DNA from: an uncultured Acidobacteriota bacterium
Lineage (GTDB): Bacteria > Acidobacteriota > UBA6911
DNA: 64,000 nucleotides
Assembly: GCA_963827655.1 (NCBI GenBank)
Contig: CAWHCF010000044.1
Location: forward strand, 32,001 to 96,000
Direction of reading: 5' to 3'
A model generated the notes under the pieces. That model was not told the DNA's origin and made no database searches. It was given only the letters and a program-made list of their open reading frames with translations. The position numbers and the translations under genes are program-made. This document shows, piece by piece, positions 42,820 through 54,320 of this stretch. Within the stretch, counting starts at the first letter, position 1, and the number at the start of each line of letters is the position of its first letter.

Positions 42820-44259
42820 GTGTTGAGATACGTCGCATCAGCGCTGATCGTTTTCGCGTTCGCGCAGAAAACTCCCTACGACCTGGTGGTCCAGGGCGGG
42901 CGCGTCATGGATCCGCAAAGCGGTTTGGATGCTGTCCGCAACATCGGAATTACGGGCGGAACCATCGCCATAGTCTCGAGCGAACCGCTGAATGGTGCGA
43001 GGCTGCTCGATGCCTCCGGACTCGTCGTAGCACCGGGATTCGTCGACCTCCATTCCCATGGGCAGGATCAGGAAAACTACCGGCTCAAGGCGCTGGATGG
43101 AGTGACCACGGCTCTCGAGCTCGAGATCGGCGTTCCGGACGTGGGGAAATTCCTGGCCGAGAGACGAGGAAAGGCTCTGATTCATTTCGGGGCGACAGCG
43201 AGCCACCCCTTCGCTCGGGTCAAGGCCTTCGGCGCGGCACTGCCTTCCGGGGCTATTGTTCCGCCTTCGAGTTCAGCCACTGAAACGGCCGCGACGGATG
43301 ACCAGCTGCAACTGATGAAGGACCGTCTGCGGAAAGAGCTGGATGCGGGAGCGCTCGGCATCGGCATGGGAATAGCCTACACCCCAGGGGCGACACGCCT
43401 TGAGGTGATTGAGATATTTCGCCTGGCGGCGCAGAGAGGAGTTCCGGTATTCGCTCACGTGCGAGGCGCGGGTAGAATCGAGCCTGGCTCCAGCATCGAA
43501 GCAATATCCGAAGTTATCGCGGCGGCAGCCATAAGCGGCGCGTCGCTTCATGTCGTTCACATCAATAGCTCCGGGCTGAAGGACGCTCCGGAATGCCTCA
43601 AGCTCATCGAAGGAGCGCGGGCTCGTGGGCTCGACGTAACAACCGAAGCCTATCCTTATATCGCCGGCATGACGGCCATCAACTCGGCAATTTTCAATCC
43701 CGGATGGCGCGAGAAGTTCGGCATCGACTACAAAGACTTGCAACTCGTGGAAACCGGTGAGCGGCTTGCGAAGGAAAGCTTCGACCGCCTTCATGCCGCG
43801 ACCGAACCCAAGCTGGTTCTCATGTTCGTGAACACGGACGAAATGGTCGATTTCGTCATTCCTCATCCGCTGGTCATGATCGCCAGCGACGGCCACATCG
43901 AAAAGGGGAAAGGTCATCCGCGCGGGGCCGGAACATACGCCCGCATACTCGCGCGCTACGTTCGCCAACAGCAGCGGCTCACTCTGATGGACGCACTACG
44001 AAAAATGTCACTGATGCCCGCGCAGCGGTTGGAGGTTTCAGCGCCGGCGGCCCGAAGGAAAGGGCGAATCCAGGTAGGGGCAGACGCCGATATCGTCGTC
44101 TTTGATCCACGCACAATTACCGACCGCGCCACTTACGAATCACCTTCGATGCCCAGCGCGGGTATGCGATACGTTCTGGTATCGGGTACGGTGGTGGTAA
44201 ACGAAGGAAGGCTGGCGGACAATGTCGCGCCCGGGCAGCCGCTAGGTGTCAGGCCCTGA
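42820..44259 (+). CDS. Exported amidohydrolase (D-aminoacylase/D-glutamate deacylase-like)
   Basis: Signal peptide, APGFVDLHSH, DGVTT, EAYPY, ASDG, HPRGAGT, GADADIVVFD. Confidence 0.9.
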   Translation: MLRYVASALIVFAFAQKTPYDLVVQGGRVMDPQSGLDAVRNIGITGGTIAIVSSEPLNGARLLDASGLVVAPGFVDLHSHGQDQENYRLKALDGVTTALELEIGVPDVGKFLAERRGKALIHFGATASHPFARVKAFGAALPSGAIVPPSSSATETAATDDQLQLMKDRLRKELDAGALGIGMGIAYTPGATRLEVIEIFRLAAQRGVPVFAHVRGAGRIEPGSSIEAISEVIAAAAISGASLHVVHINSSGLKDAPECLKLIEGARARGLDVTTEAYPYIAGMTAINSAIFNPGWREKFGIDYKDLQLVETGERLAKESFDRLHAATEPKLVLMFVNTDEMVDFVIPHPLVMIASDGHIEKGKGHPRGAGTYARILARYVRQQQRLTLMDALRKMSLMPAQRLEVSAPAARRKGRIQVGADADIVVFDPRTITDRATYESPSMPSAGMRYVLVSGTVVVNEGRLADNVAPGQPLGVRP

Positions 44260-44274
44260 AAAGGCCTGACACCT
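44244..44274. terminator. 12-bp stem hairpin between convergent genes (possible bidirectional terminator or REP)
   Basis: AGGTGTCAGGCC-CTGAAAA-GGCCTGACACCT; no U-tract. Confidence 0.5.
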
Positions 44275-44284
44275 GGCGCATTGA

Positions 44285-44464
44285 TCATATCTTGATTCGA
44301 TTGTCGTCTTTGGGACAGACCCAGTACATTCCACCCGGAGTGTCACGGTACTTCATGACTCTGGTCGCGACCATCGACGTCCCGCAATTCGGACAAGGAT
44401 GCTCGTAACGAAAACCTTTGTCGCCCAGGCTCGCGCGCGCGGTCTTGGAAATCTTCTCCGCCAT
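44285..44464 (-). CDS. Small zinc-ribbon-like protein (59 aa, not in the ORF track)
   Basis: MAEKISKTARASLGDKGFRYEHPCPNCGTSMVATRVMKYRDTPGGMYWVCPKDDNRIKI*; purine-rich RBS GGGAGGGAAGGA; CPNC and CPKD knuckles. Confidence 0.8.
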   Translation of the reverse strand: MAEKISKTARASLGDKGFRYEHPCPNCGTSMVATRVMKYRDTPGGMYWVCPKDDNRIKI

Positions 44465-44728
44465 ATTCCTTCCCTCCCTTCTCTTAAAATGGCAAAAAAA
44501 TCGGGAATTATACGTGGCTCGGACAACAAATCAAGGAATATTTCACATCTCTTCGCAATCCTCAGCGTTTTCGCAACTTGGCGCCCTGTCCGCGGACCCA
44601 AACCTCAGGTCAATTTTCTCTTGCTCAACGAAAACTCCCGGGATACAAGTACCTTCTCTATCGTTAAAACTGATCACGATTCCCTATTTTGGAGGGGCTT
44701 GCCAGTATCGAAACCCGCGACCATTGCG

Positions 44729-45535
44729 ATGATACGCCAATACTCGACTCTGAACATGGAACCCTGCCCCACCAATGGATTCGTGAACAGGGTGACAAAA
44801 AGGATCTCCTGGAACCTATTGAACCGTTTGGTCAAAGGGAAAAAGCTGAAGGTACGCATGTTTTCAGGTGACTCTTTCTTCGTCCGGGTCGGCGATCAGA
44901 TCAGCCGGGGGATCTTCTGTCAGGGTTGCCACGAGCCGCAGTTGACCTCCCTTCTTCTGCCCTTCCTCGGCCCAGGTATGACAGCCTTCGACATCGGTGC
45001 GAATATCGGTTACTACACACTCCTGATGGCGCGAAGGGTGGGCCCGGCAGGGATGGTTCACTCCTTCGAGATCAACGAGAATGTCCTCGACCTGCTGGAA
45101 GAGAACATCCGGTTGGCAAAGGTTGGAAACGTCAAGATTGCCCGGCGGGCCGTGGCCAGGACCAGCGGACAGATGGAGTTTTTCGTGCCTCGTCCAGGGG
45201 ATGAGGCCGAGGGTAGTCTCAAGAAAAGCCAGCGCTATGAAGCGGCGAAGACCGTAAAAGTATCCAGCGTCTCCCTGGACGAGTATGTCGAGGAGCACAA
45301 AATCAAAAGAGTCCACTTTATCAAGATTGACGTGGAGGGCGCCGAATACGAAGCCTTTGAAGGAGCCAGGAATCTGCTCTCGTCGAATAACAAGCCCGTT
45401 ATCATGTTCGAGGCGCTGGATACAGCGTGTATGAACTTCGGAGTGAATTGGCTCGACGTCGTCGAGAAGGTGAAGAGCTTCGGTTACCGAATCCATCAGG
45501 CTGATGCAGCCAACTACTTTGCGACGCCTGAATGA
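44729..45535 (+). CDS. FkbM-family methyltransferase
   Basis: FDIGANIGYY, HSFE, FIKIDVEGAE; start uncertain (44699 or 44729). Confidence 0.9.
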   Translation: MIRQYSTLNMEPCPTNGFVNRVTKRISWNLLNRLVKGKKLKVRMFSGDSFFVRVGDQISRGIFCQGCHEPQLTSLLLPFLGPGMTAFDIGANIGYYTLLMARRVGPAGMVHSFEINENVLDLLEENIRLAKVGNVKIARRAVARTSGQMEFFVPRPGDEAEGSLKKSQRYEAAKTVKVSSVSLDEYVEEHKIKRVHFIKIDVEGAEYEAFEGARNLLSSNNKPVIMFEALDTACMNFGVNWLDVVEKVKSFGYRIHQADAANYFATPE

Positions 45536-45550
45536 CACGCATCGCGGTTC

Positions 45551-48500
45551 TCAGGGAAGCTCTATCCTGGCGTCGTTGTGTAGTGGTGAGGACGCCGGCA
45601 TCGAATCGGGTCCCAGAGGAATCTCGACCGATTCGCCCGTGCGAGCCAGAAGCAAATATGCCGATTTAACCTTCAGGCCAAGAGCCCGAAGCGCTTTTTC
45701 ATACGCCTGGACCTGGCCGGAGTACCGCTGGCTGAAGGAACCGCGCCTCTCGTTCACTTCGGCCGGAATGATATCGGTTTTATAATCGACGATTACCCAT
45801 TCACCCCCCTCTTCAAACAGGAGATCGACTTTCCCGGACTCAATCGGCGCAAGCTCTCCAGGCGCCCCCAAAGGGCGGACGAATGGAAGTTCCCGAATTA
45901 CCTTGCCGGGCGAATTCTTGACCCGGCGAACGCGCGCCATCAACTCGGAATCGTAGCTGTTTCGAACCATCTCTTCCAGAAGCCGGGCCTCACTCCGCCC
46001 CAGATTGTGGCGTCGCGCGGCTGCGCGACTCGATTCGGCGATACTTGCGACCTGGCAAAAATCCAGCGCGTCCATGGCCTGATGAAAGGCCAGCCCTAAA
46101 CGAATCGCGCGGCCACGGGCGGTTTCAGCCAGGTTCGCCGCATCCGGGTCATCCGCTGCCGCTTGAAAGCCGCTGGGAGCGCGAATATCCCTGGAGCGGG
46201 GCGTCTGGTCTCTTAACCGGATGACCTCCGCGTATTCGCGACGGAGTCGTTCTGTTATATCGTCCGGCGCAGGTGAGCCGGCAGGTCTCGCTACCTCCAC
46301 CGGCACATCGAGAATGCCGGTGTCGAGCACCTGCACCAATCCATCCGTGAGGGAAAGTTCCTTCAATCGTTCCCAAATCGGGCTCAGCCGGGACCTGCGC
46401 CACTCGTGGACCCATTTCTTCTCATGCTCAGCCCATCTCCACCCCGTGTGGGTGGAGACGACCAGGTGGTCGCGCGCGCGTGTTAACGCGACGTACAGGA
46501 GCCTGATCAATTCTGCGTTCTCTCGTTTTCTGTCCCACTCCTGAAGCTGGCGCCAGCCGGCGGACTGCAGTTTCGACTCTCTGGAGCCGGCAGTCACCGC
46601 GTAAGTCTTCTGCTGGTGGGGATCCGCCAGAAAAGATTTCTGTCCGGGGTTTCTGGCGCCCCCGAGACCGGCGGCAATAACGATCGGGAAATCGAGTCCC
46701 TTCGCTTTATGAATGGTAAGGATCCGGACCGAGTCGCTCCGCTCTTCCATGATGCGGCTCTCGCTCTCGGCCAATTCCTCCTTGTCCAGTACCCCGAGCA
46801 GTTCGATGACCTGAGAGAAAGTCGTTTCCGTCTGGAGCCGTCGCAGCTCCCGAACCAGCTTACCGAGGTTGGCCAGCGACTGTAGCCCGCCCCAACGGGC
46901 CGCGAGCACCTCGCGAGCGCCGGTCTCGCGCAAAAGAGTTTCCAGGATCGCCGAAGCCGGCCTCTCGTGTCGCTGTTGATGGAGCTCGCGCAGAATCCGG
47001 AAGGGATGGTGCAGGCGAGAGCCGGCGGGAATTTCGTTGCGGTAGTCGAACGTGATTCCCTGCGTTCGACTCCTGAGCAAATCCTCGTCTGACAGGCCGA
47101 AGAATATCGATCGAAGAGATCCATAGACCGCCACGCGGTCATTGGGATTAGCCACGGCGCGCAGAACGGTTGTGGCCGACGAAACTTCGCTTCGAGCATA
47201 GTAATATTTCCCGCCTTCGAGGACATAAGGTATTTCCGCCTGCCGTAGCGCTTCCTCGAGGACATCCACGCGCGAAAGGACGGGAAGCAGAATGGCAATG
47301 TCTTCGTAGTTCGGAACGCGCCGGGATTCAGGCCGTGAAGATGACCGTTCGGCGACCAGCCATTTCTCGCTCCCCCGAATCTGTCGCACCAGCGCAACCA
47401 GACGCCGTGCTTCCCGGGCGATGAAGTCGCCCGCCGGGAAAGCCTGGTTGCGTTGATCGACTGGATCGGGCAAGAGATGGACCGATGACAAACCGGGTTC
47501 GTGGAGCCTGGCCGCGGATCCGAAGGCCAGGTATTCCGGCTGGTAACGGCCATCCTCCGGCTTTTTCATAACGCCCGCGAAAAGCGCGTCCACGAAGCGA
47601 AGAATCGAGGGTACGGAACGGAAGTTCGTGGTCAGCTGCACTTGCTCCAACCCGCGCGCGGCGATTCTCTCTGTATCAAAAAGGTTGAGGTAGTTCTCGA
47701 TGTCGGCGCCGCGGAAACGATAAATCGACTGTTTGGGATCTCCTACAAGGAAGAGGCGGCCAGGAGCGGGCTGGAGCTTCTCAATGTCGGTCTCTGTCAG
47801 ATCCGGCGAAGAAAGAAGCAGTACGATCTCCGCTTGGATCGGATCCGTATCCTGGAACTCATCCACGAGAATAGTGGCGAACTTCTTCTGAAAATCATGC
47901 CGGACAGCGGGGCTTCTTGCGAGCAAGTCGCGAGCCGCCAGCAACTGGTCGTCAAAATCAAGCAGACCTTCGCTCCGCTTCTGCCCCTTCCATTCCGGAA
48001 GGAAGTCGCCGGCTAGCCAGAGCAACAACTCGTGCAGTAGCCGCTGCGCCGCCATTGAAGAAGCTTCGGTCGAAAAATCCTCGCATCTCTTCAAGAAGGA
48101 TCGCACGCTTTCAAGTGTCTGGCTTCCACCCTTCCAGTTCTCGCGCGATCCGGCTGAGGCAGATCTTCTCGGAAAAACGCTGTATTCGGTCGATCCGTCC
48201 AGCCACGACGCGATCTGGTTGAGGTTGTCCGCTAACCTGTCTCTGCGATCAAGGACCAGCCGGGAATACTTTCGCGCCTCGGATGCCAGATCCAGCCGGC
48301 GCCGTCGTGCTTCTTCGTCTGTCATCGGAGCCTGCAGATCCAGCTTCTCGATAACCGCTGCCTGGAACCTCAGATTCCGGGCCAGCTCGCGGAGAGTATC
48401 CAGTCCCAAACCCGCTCGCAGGGCTCGTTCAAGCGGACCGCGGCGCTCCTTGATCGCACGATCGAGCCAGGCCTCCCAGACTCGCCTGAAAAAGAGCTCC

Positions 48501-48904
48501 GCGTGCGCATCGTCGAGCGCCGTAAACTGCGGATCCAGACCTGCCTCGACAGGTCTTTCCTTCAGCAACGCCACTGCAAACGCGTGGATGGTCGAGATGG
48601 CGGCCGACTCCAAATCGTGAAGGGCGGCCGATGCCCGTGTCCCCTCGACGCCAGAGCGGCAAGACAATTCTTCGAATCGTTGTCGAAGCCTGATTTTCAT
48701 CTCGCCGGCGGCTTTCTCAGTAAAGGTGATGGCGGCGATGTTGCGCAGGCTTATGGGCCGACCCTGCGGTCCCTCCTTCAAGACAAGATTAAGAATCCGC
48801 TCGATAAGGATCGCGGTCTTGCCGGTTCCGGCAGAAGCTTCGACGGCAAAGGATCGACCGGTCTCCGTGGCAGCTCGGGCCCGGTGCTGAGAATCGTCTG
48901 TCAT
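45551..48904 (-). CDS. addA: AddA-like UvrD helicase with C-terminal PD-(D/E)XK nuclease
   Basis: EASAGTGKT, TFTEKAA, VDEFQD, GDPKQSIYRFRGAD, TIHKAKGL, LYVALTRA, GKVDLL..IVDYKT. Confidence 0.9.
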   Translation of the reverse strand: MTDDSQHRARAATETGRSFAVEASAGTGKTAILIERILNLVLKEGPQGRPISLRNIAAITFTEKAAGEMKIRLRQRFEELSCRSGVEGTRASAALHDLESAAISTIHAFAVALLKERPVEAGLDPQFTALDDAHAELFFRRVWEAWLDRAIKERRGPLERALRAGLGLDTLRELARNLRFQAAVIEKLDLQAPMTDEEARRRRLDLASEARKYSRLVLDRRDRLADNLNQIASWLDGSTEYSVFPRRSASAGSRENWKGGSQTLESVRSFLKRCEDFSTEASSMAAQRLLHELLLWLAGDFLPEWKGQKRSEGLLDFDDQLLAARDLLARSPAVRHDFQKKFATILVDEFQDTDPIQAEIVLLLSSPDLTETDIEKLQPAPGRLFLVGDPKQSIYRFRGADIENYLNLFDTERIAARGLEQVQLTTNFRSVPSILRFVDALFAGVMKKPEDGRYQPEYLAFGSAARLHEPGLSSVHLLPDPVDQRNQAFPAGDFIAREARRLVALVRQIRGSEKWLVAERSSSRPESRRVPNYEDIAILLPVLSRVDVLEEALRQAEIPYVLEGGKYYYARSEVSSATTVLRAVANPNDRVAVYGSLRSIFFGLSDEDLLRSRTQGITFDYRNEIPAGSRLHHPFRILRELHQQRHERPASAILETLLRETGAREVLAARWGGLQSLANLGKLVRELRRLQTETTFSQVIELLGVLDKEELAESESRIMEERSDSVRILTIHKAKGLDFPIVIAAGLGGARNPGQKSFLADPHQQKTYAVTAGSRESKLQSAGWRQLQEWDRKRENAELIRLLYVALTRARDHLVVSTHTGWRWAEHEKKWVHEWRRSRLSPIWERLKELSLTDGLVQVLDTGILDVPVEVARPAGSPAPDDITERLRREYAEVIRLRDQTPRSRDIRAPSGFQAAADDPDAANLAETARGRAIRLGLAFHQAMDALDFCQVASIAESSRAAARRHNLGRSEARLLEEMVRNSYDSELMARVRRVKNSPGKVIRELPFVRPLGAPGELAPIESGKVDLLFEEGGEWVIVDYKTDIIPAEVNERRGSFSQRYSGQVQAYEKALRALGLKVKSAYLLLARTGESVEIPLGPDSMPASSPLHNDARIELP

Positions 48905-51900
48905 TCGTCGGGCTCCATGGCCCCGGCGGTTTCCCCGATCCGGCTATGGCGAAGCACTGCGGGGTCCGCCGCTTTCCTTTCCTCCCGCTGGATCCGCTCC
49001 TTGGAACATACGGTGAGGTAATCACAATATTCGCAATGTCCCTGGGGGTGGACGCTTCCCCGCGTCCGCGGAAAGAAAATACCGTTTTCAATCCCGTCTC
49101 CAATGGTCTCGAGAATGCCGGGAAGATGGTCGACACCTTTCACAAGCTCCTGGGGGTCGAAGGAACAAGAAACAGTTCTTCCGTCCCTCGGCTGGAGATG
49201 GAGGAACTCTCCCTGAACACTTGAAACACCGGAAAGTTCCGGAAGTCCGGAGAGTGCGGCGCGATAAACGGCGAGCTGCATTTTCTCGCCAGCCATAAGA
49301 GAGATTCGTTCCTTTCCTTCCATGGTCTTCGGAAGGACGCCGACCTTGTAATCGAGCACACGCGCCCGAGTCCCATCAGCAGACAGGTCGATCCGGTCGA
49401 TCCTGCCGCGAAAATCAAAGGTGTGCCGTCCAGCGACTACGCGGTAAGCAGGTAATTGAGCCTTTGGCAACTGTCCGAATGTTAGCTCGACGTAGGCGGG
49501 CGCAAGCCCTTCGTGTGATCGGTTGATTTCAAATGCCAGCCAGTTGCGAAGCATCGCGAAGAGAAAATCGAGCTCCACTTGCCACAGCAGTTCCGGAATA
49601 CCCGGCGGCCGCGCGCTCTCCAACCGGCTGCGCGCCTCGGAGGCCAGGCGGATTTGAAGCTCTTCCATGGAGTGTTTAACCAGGGATTCTCTTGCAAAGC
49701 GCTCCAGTATTTCGTGAATGACCTCGCCGCGAACCAGCGGGTCGATGCTCTCGCCGGTCTGACCTCCTCCCACGGTTCAAGTTGAATGACCCGGCGAAGA
49801 AAAAACAAGTACGGGCACTTTGCGTATTCTTCCAGGCGGCTGGCCGAGACCTGGCCGGCCGAGGTTCCGACTCGCCCGGCTATCCAGCGCAGGAGTTCAG
49901 GGTGACGAATACGTCCATCGAACCGGGTCAGCCTCTTCTCCCAGCGCGCGCGGCTGTAAGCGATCGGACCGGCCATTCGTAACGGGTCCGCCCGCAGCAG
50001 CCGGTACAGGACTCTTTGGGGTCGTGGCTGGTCGAGCAGCAGGCGAAGCCTTACTTCTGCCTCATCAACGGCTATATCGTCGCCGCCGGGTGCGGGACGG
50101 TCCAGACGTACGGAGCGAAAGCCGGGGATATTCTCCTGCGTGAGATCCCGATAACTGACGGGTCGCCCTCGAGCCGCAGCTACTGCTCGCAGGAAGAAGG
50201 TCGATGGCAGTCGCTCGCGATCCGTATTCTCTTCCAGGCGCGAGGACATGAGCACCAAACGTTTCTCGGCCGACCGCACGGCCATATCGAAGAGCAGCTT
50301 TTCCTCTTCGCTTCGCTCCCACTTGATCGGAAGTCTCGGCGTGAGCCTCGACCGTTCTTCGTCGAAAAGCAGCGGATCCTGCCTCAACTTCGACGGGAAT
50401 CTTCCTTCTTCCAGTCCCGGGATAATGACCAGGGGAAAACGGAGGCCACGCGATGCGGCCAGCGAGAGAATATTGACGCCGCTGCGCTGAAAGCTGCCGT
50501 GCGGAAGGGAAAGCGAGTTGAGCGTATCCTTCAAGACACTCACCAGCCGGGCGCGTCCGACCTTCTGCTCGACTCGTGCGGTTTCGGCCACTTCGCCGAG
50601 GGAGGCCAGGTTATCGAGTGCGTTCGAAAAGACCAACCAGTCGCGTGACAGCCCGAGAAGCGGCTGCAGGCGCCGCTCGAGAAAATCGGCCCAGTCTTGC
50701 CAGGAGAGTAAGTCGGGCCATTGAACAGCAGCTTGTCTGAGGGCCGTCCACCCGGAGCGGAGCGCCTGGGCGTCGTGCAGGCGGGTCCGCGCCTGAGAGA
50801 CCAAAAGGCGAAACTCACTCGCGCGTTCTTCCGGCTGATCGGTCACCAGGGCCTCCGCCCGGAGCAGCGCGCGTCGAGCATCGAGGACCAATTCCTCAGT
50901 ACCGTCATCCCAGGACTGAATTCCCGCAAGGAAGCCGGGATGATTGGTCATCGCTCGCCACGCGGCCGCATTCCAGTTGTCCGGGGCGTCCTCCGGCAAG
51001 CATGCACTCACTAACTCGACTGTCTGGAGGATCGACTGGCGCGAAAAGGATTCTGATGCCAGGGAGGCAATCGCCAAAACGGCGCGTCCCAAAACCCGCT
51101 CGCCGAAAGCACGGCCGCCATGAATGTAATAGGGTATGCCGCGCAGTTGGAAGGCCTCTGTAAGAATGGGCGCGTCCTCATTCAAATGCCTGAGAAGGAT
51201 CGCGCTCTCGTGAAAGCCGGCGATCTCACCTTCACGAACGGCTCGAAGAATCTCGCGCACGACCTCGATCGCAGCGCGCGATTCCCCTGGAACTGAAACG
51301 AAAGCAAAGCTTCCATCGGACGCAGGACCCGGCGTCCGGATCTCCGCCGATGGCGTGCGGCCCGAAAGATCCTCAGATGAACGCCCAGCAGATGCGCTCG
51401 ACATCCAGATCCGGTCGGCCAAGACTCCGAGGCCTCTGCTTGCATTCTTATGGAACACGGGCTCGGGATTGACTCCCAATTCTTTCGAACGTGACTCGAC
51501 GAAGGGGCGCGCAAAGGCGGACGCGGCCTGGTTCAGGTAGGGAATGAAGTAGACAAGCTCCAGGACATCCCTCAGACTGCCGAGTAAGTCCGACTGCCGT
51601 CCGGTCACATCGTAGATTCCATAGATGAGAAGACTCTGGGTCTGAAGAACCTCGCTGGCCCTGACGCTCTCCGCTATGGCCCAGGAGAAATCGTCATCCA
51701 CGTCGCAGAACAGACTCAAACGCTCGTAAAAGCGCTGGAAAAGTTCTGCCAGTGCTTCGAGTTGTTGCTTTCGGTCGCCTGGGAGACTCGGCCACTGACG
51801 CAGCTTCAGGAAGAAATCCTGCGGGGTGACGCCGGCGTCGCGTAGATCACGGAAAGTATCCAGAACCGAGTTCCTAAACCCCGGGTACTTCGAGACTGCG

Positions 51901-52229
51901 GCGAACGGGGCCGGCGCGTGTTGCTCGAGGATCGCGTCCAGAATCAGAGCCGCGCCGAGAAAAGGAAGTCTCGGTTTTCTCGACACTGCCGCGCGAGCCC
52001 GCCCGAGACGCGTCGCGAGGTCAAGAAAATTATAGAACCGGATGTTGGCTGCAGGCCCTCGTTGCTCGGCGAGTCGGTAGTTGAGGTAGGACGAAAGGGC
52101 ATTGGAACCCACCAGTATGCAGACCGGAACCAGTGGACCTTCTCTTTGAAGCCTCGATATTTCGTCGAAGAGTCGCACTTCAAGCGCGGCAAGCGTCCCC
52201 GTATAAATGCGATGAACCATCACTCGCAT
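48901..52229 (-). CDS. addB: AddB-like inactive helicase plus Fe-S PD-(D/E)XK nuclease; frameshift near 49762
   Basis: ORF 49482-52229 (RGLRF, SASRLEEYAKCPY) continues in ORF 48901-49773 (RGRIDRID, DYK, CEYCDYLTVC); ATGA overlap with addA. Confidence 0.82.
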
Positions 52230-52318
52230 TTAAACACAACGGCAGGAGGAAACAAGGTTACATTCTTAACGTTTGTTCGTGTCTTTGCGTCTTCGGGGTT
52301 GGTTTGTGTTCAGGCATT

Positions 52319-52438
52319 AACCACAAAGACTCGAAGACACTAAGGTTCGTTCGGGGGACTTCGCCCCGAACGAAAGGCTCTTGCGAACGACAACACGTTG
52401 GTTTGAACGTTTTCGCTGAGCGCCCAAGACACGCGAAG
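52319..52438 (+). repeat. Structured dispersed repeat, copy 2
   Basis: Near-identical to 35798-35914. Confidence 0.85.
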
Positions 52439-52486
52439 CATCTTGTGGTAATTTTCTATGTCTCATTGAACCTTGAGGGTCCGACT

Positions 52487-54320
52487 ATGATCTCTCCTTG
52501 GCGCCTTTTCCGGATTTTCTGTTGCCTGCTCGTCTTTTTTCTATCGAGCTTCGCAGCCTCACCCAGATTCCAATCCGAACCTTACCTTCAACACGTCAAG
52601 TACCTGGCAAGCGACGAGCTCAAGGGTCGTGGAAACGGAACGCCGGAGTTGGAACGCGCCGCTGAATACATCGCACAGCAATACCTCGCCGCCGGTCTCC
52701 AGCCGGCAGGGGACAACGGCACTTTTTTCCAAAGCTTTCAACTCACGACGGGAAGCCGTCTCGGACCAAACAACCGGCTCACGCTCTTCGCCGGGCACGA
52801 ATCCTTCGAGGCGGCCCTGCAGCGGGATTTCGTGCCCATCGTAATCGGCGAGAGGACCACCGTAAAGGGCGAGGTGGTTTTTGCCGGGTACGGAATCACG
52901 GCGGAAGAGCACAACTACGACGACTACAAGAACCTGGACGTGACCGACAAGATAGTCCTGGCGCTGGCTCACGAACCGCGCGAAAACGAAGCCGGCACTC
53001 CGTTTAATGGTCAGGAGCCCACCCTGCACGGGCACGACAATACCAAGGCGCTCAATGCAAAATTCAGGGGCGCTCTCGCTCTCCTGATTGTGCAAGATCC
53101 AGCCAACCACTCGAGCGAGTCAGTCGATCTTCCGGATCCCAGTGGGTCTCAAGGCAACGACCTGGGAATTTGCGTTCTTCGAATCTCGTCCAGTCTGGCC
53201 CGGCGATTGCTGGAGGCAGATAAGAAGGACCTTTTGGACCTTCAGAAGAGCATTGACAGGAATCTGGCTCCCCAAAGTTTTTCGCTCAGCGGAGCAGCCG
53301 TGAGCCTGGAAGTCGACGTGGTCCGGGTGCGAAGCGAAGTGCGCAACGTAGTCGGGCTCCTGCCGGGACTGGACCCTGCGCTCGCCGACGAAACCGTCGT
53401 GCTTGGAGCTCACTACGACCACCTCGGACTGGGGGGGCGCGACTCGATGGTACCTAAACTCGTCGGCCAGATTCACAACGGGGCTGACGACAACGCCAGC
53501 GGCACCGCCGGAGTATTGGAATTGGCCGCTGCCCTCTCCAGGGACAATTCGGCGCGGAGGCGATCCTATTTGTTCATGGCCTTCGCGGGGGAAGAGCTTG
53601 GACTGCATGGCTCGGCCCATTGGACCAACCATCCGACCAGGACTTTGAAGAAGGTTGTCGCCATGCTCAACATGGACATGATCGGGCGCAGCCGCGGCAA
53701 TCAGATTACGCTGGGCGGGATTGGTACTTCACCGCTGTTTCCCGAACTGGTAAAAGACTCGGCAGCCCAGTCCGGCATTGAAGTTAGGACCTCTCAGAGC
53801 GGATACGGCAGCAGCGATCACACCTCGTTTTACGTAAAGGACGTTCCTGTCCTGTTCTTTTTTTCAGGATTGCACAGCGACTACCATCGCCCCACAGATG
53901 ACTGGGAAAAGATCAATGCGCCCGGCGCTATCAGGATCTTAGAGATGGTTTACCAGATCGCCACGCGTCTCAATATTGCGCAGTCGCGGCCGCAATTCAC
54001 CAAAGTTGATGAGCCGGTGACGACCGGCTCCACGCGGGGGCGGCGGCACGGGCTACGGCGCGTACTTCGGTTCTATCCCGGATATGACTGATGAGGTCAA
54101 AGGAGTTCGATTCGTAGACATCCGACCCAACAGCCCCGCCGCAAAGGCCGGCCTAAAGGCGAACGACACGCTGGTAAGGTTCGCCGGGATGGAGATCAAG
54201 AACCTTCAGGATTTCACGTACATGCTGCGCACACATAAGCCGGGAGAGCTGGTCGAGGTTACGGTTGTGCGCGACGGCAAGCCTTTGACCGTCGAGGTAA
54301 GGTTAGAGGTCAGGCGATAG
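52487..54320 (+). CDS. Exported M28 aminopeptidase with PA and C-terminal PDZ domains; +1 frameshift in a G run near 54036-54040
   Basis: GAHYDHLG, GADDNASG, GEELG, NMDM, SDH, DYH; removing one G gives GGGTGYGAYFGSIPDM joining the PDZ ORF 54084-54320. Confidence 0.9.

Noticed and set aside
44399-44698. N-terminal extension of the FkbM ORF
   Set aside because: Overlaps the opposite-strand zinc-ribbon gene and the divergent promoter region.
45551-52229. Helicase-nuclease pair as a novel defence system
   Set aside because: Domain order, motifs, Fe-S cysteines and the addB-addA overlap fit ordinary AddAB recombination genes.
52133-52486. N-terminal extension of the M28 peptidase ORF
   Set aside because: Runs through the addB start and the structured repeat; the signal peptide begins at ATG 52487.
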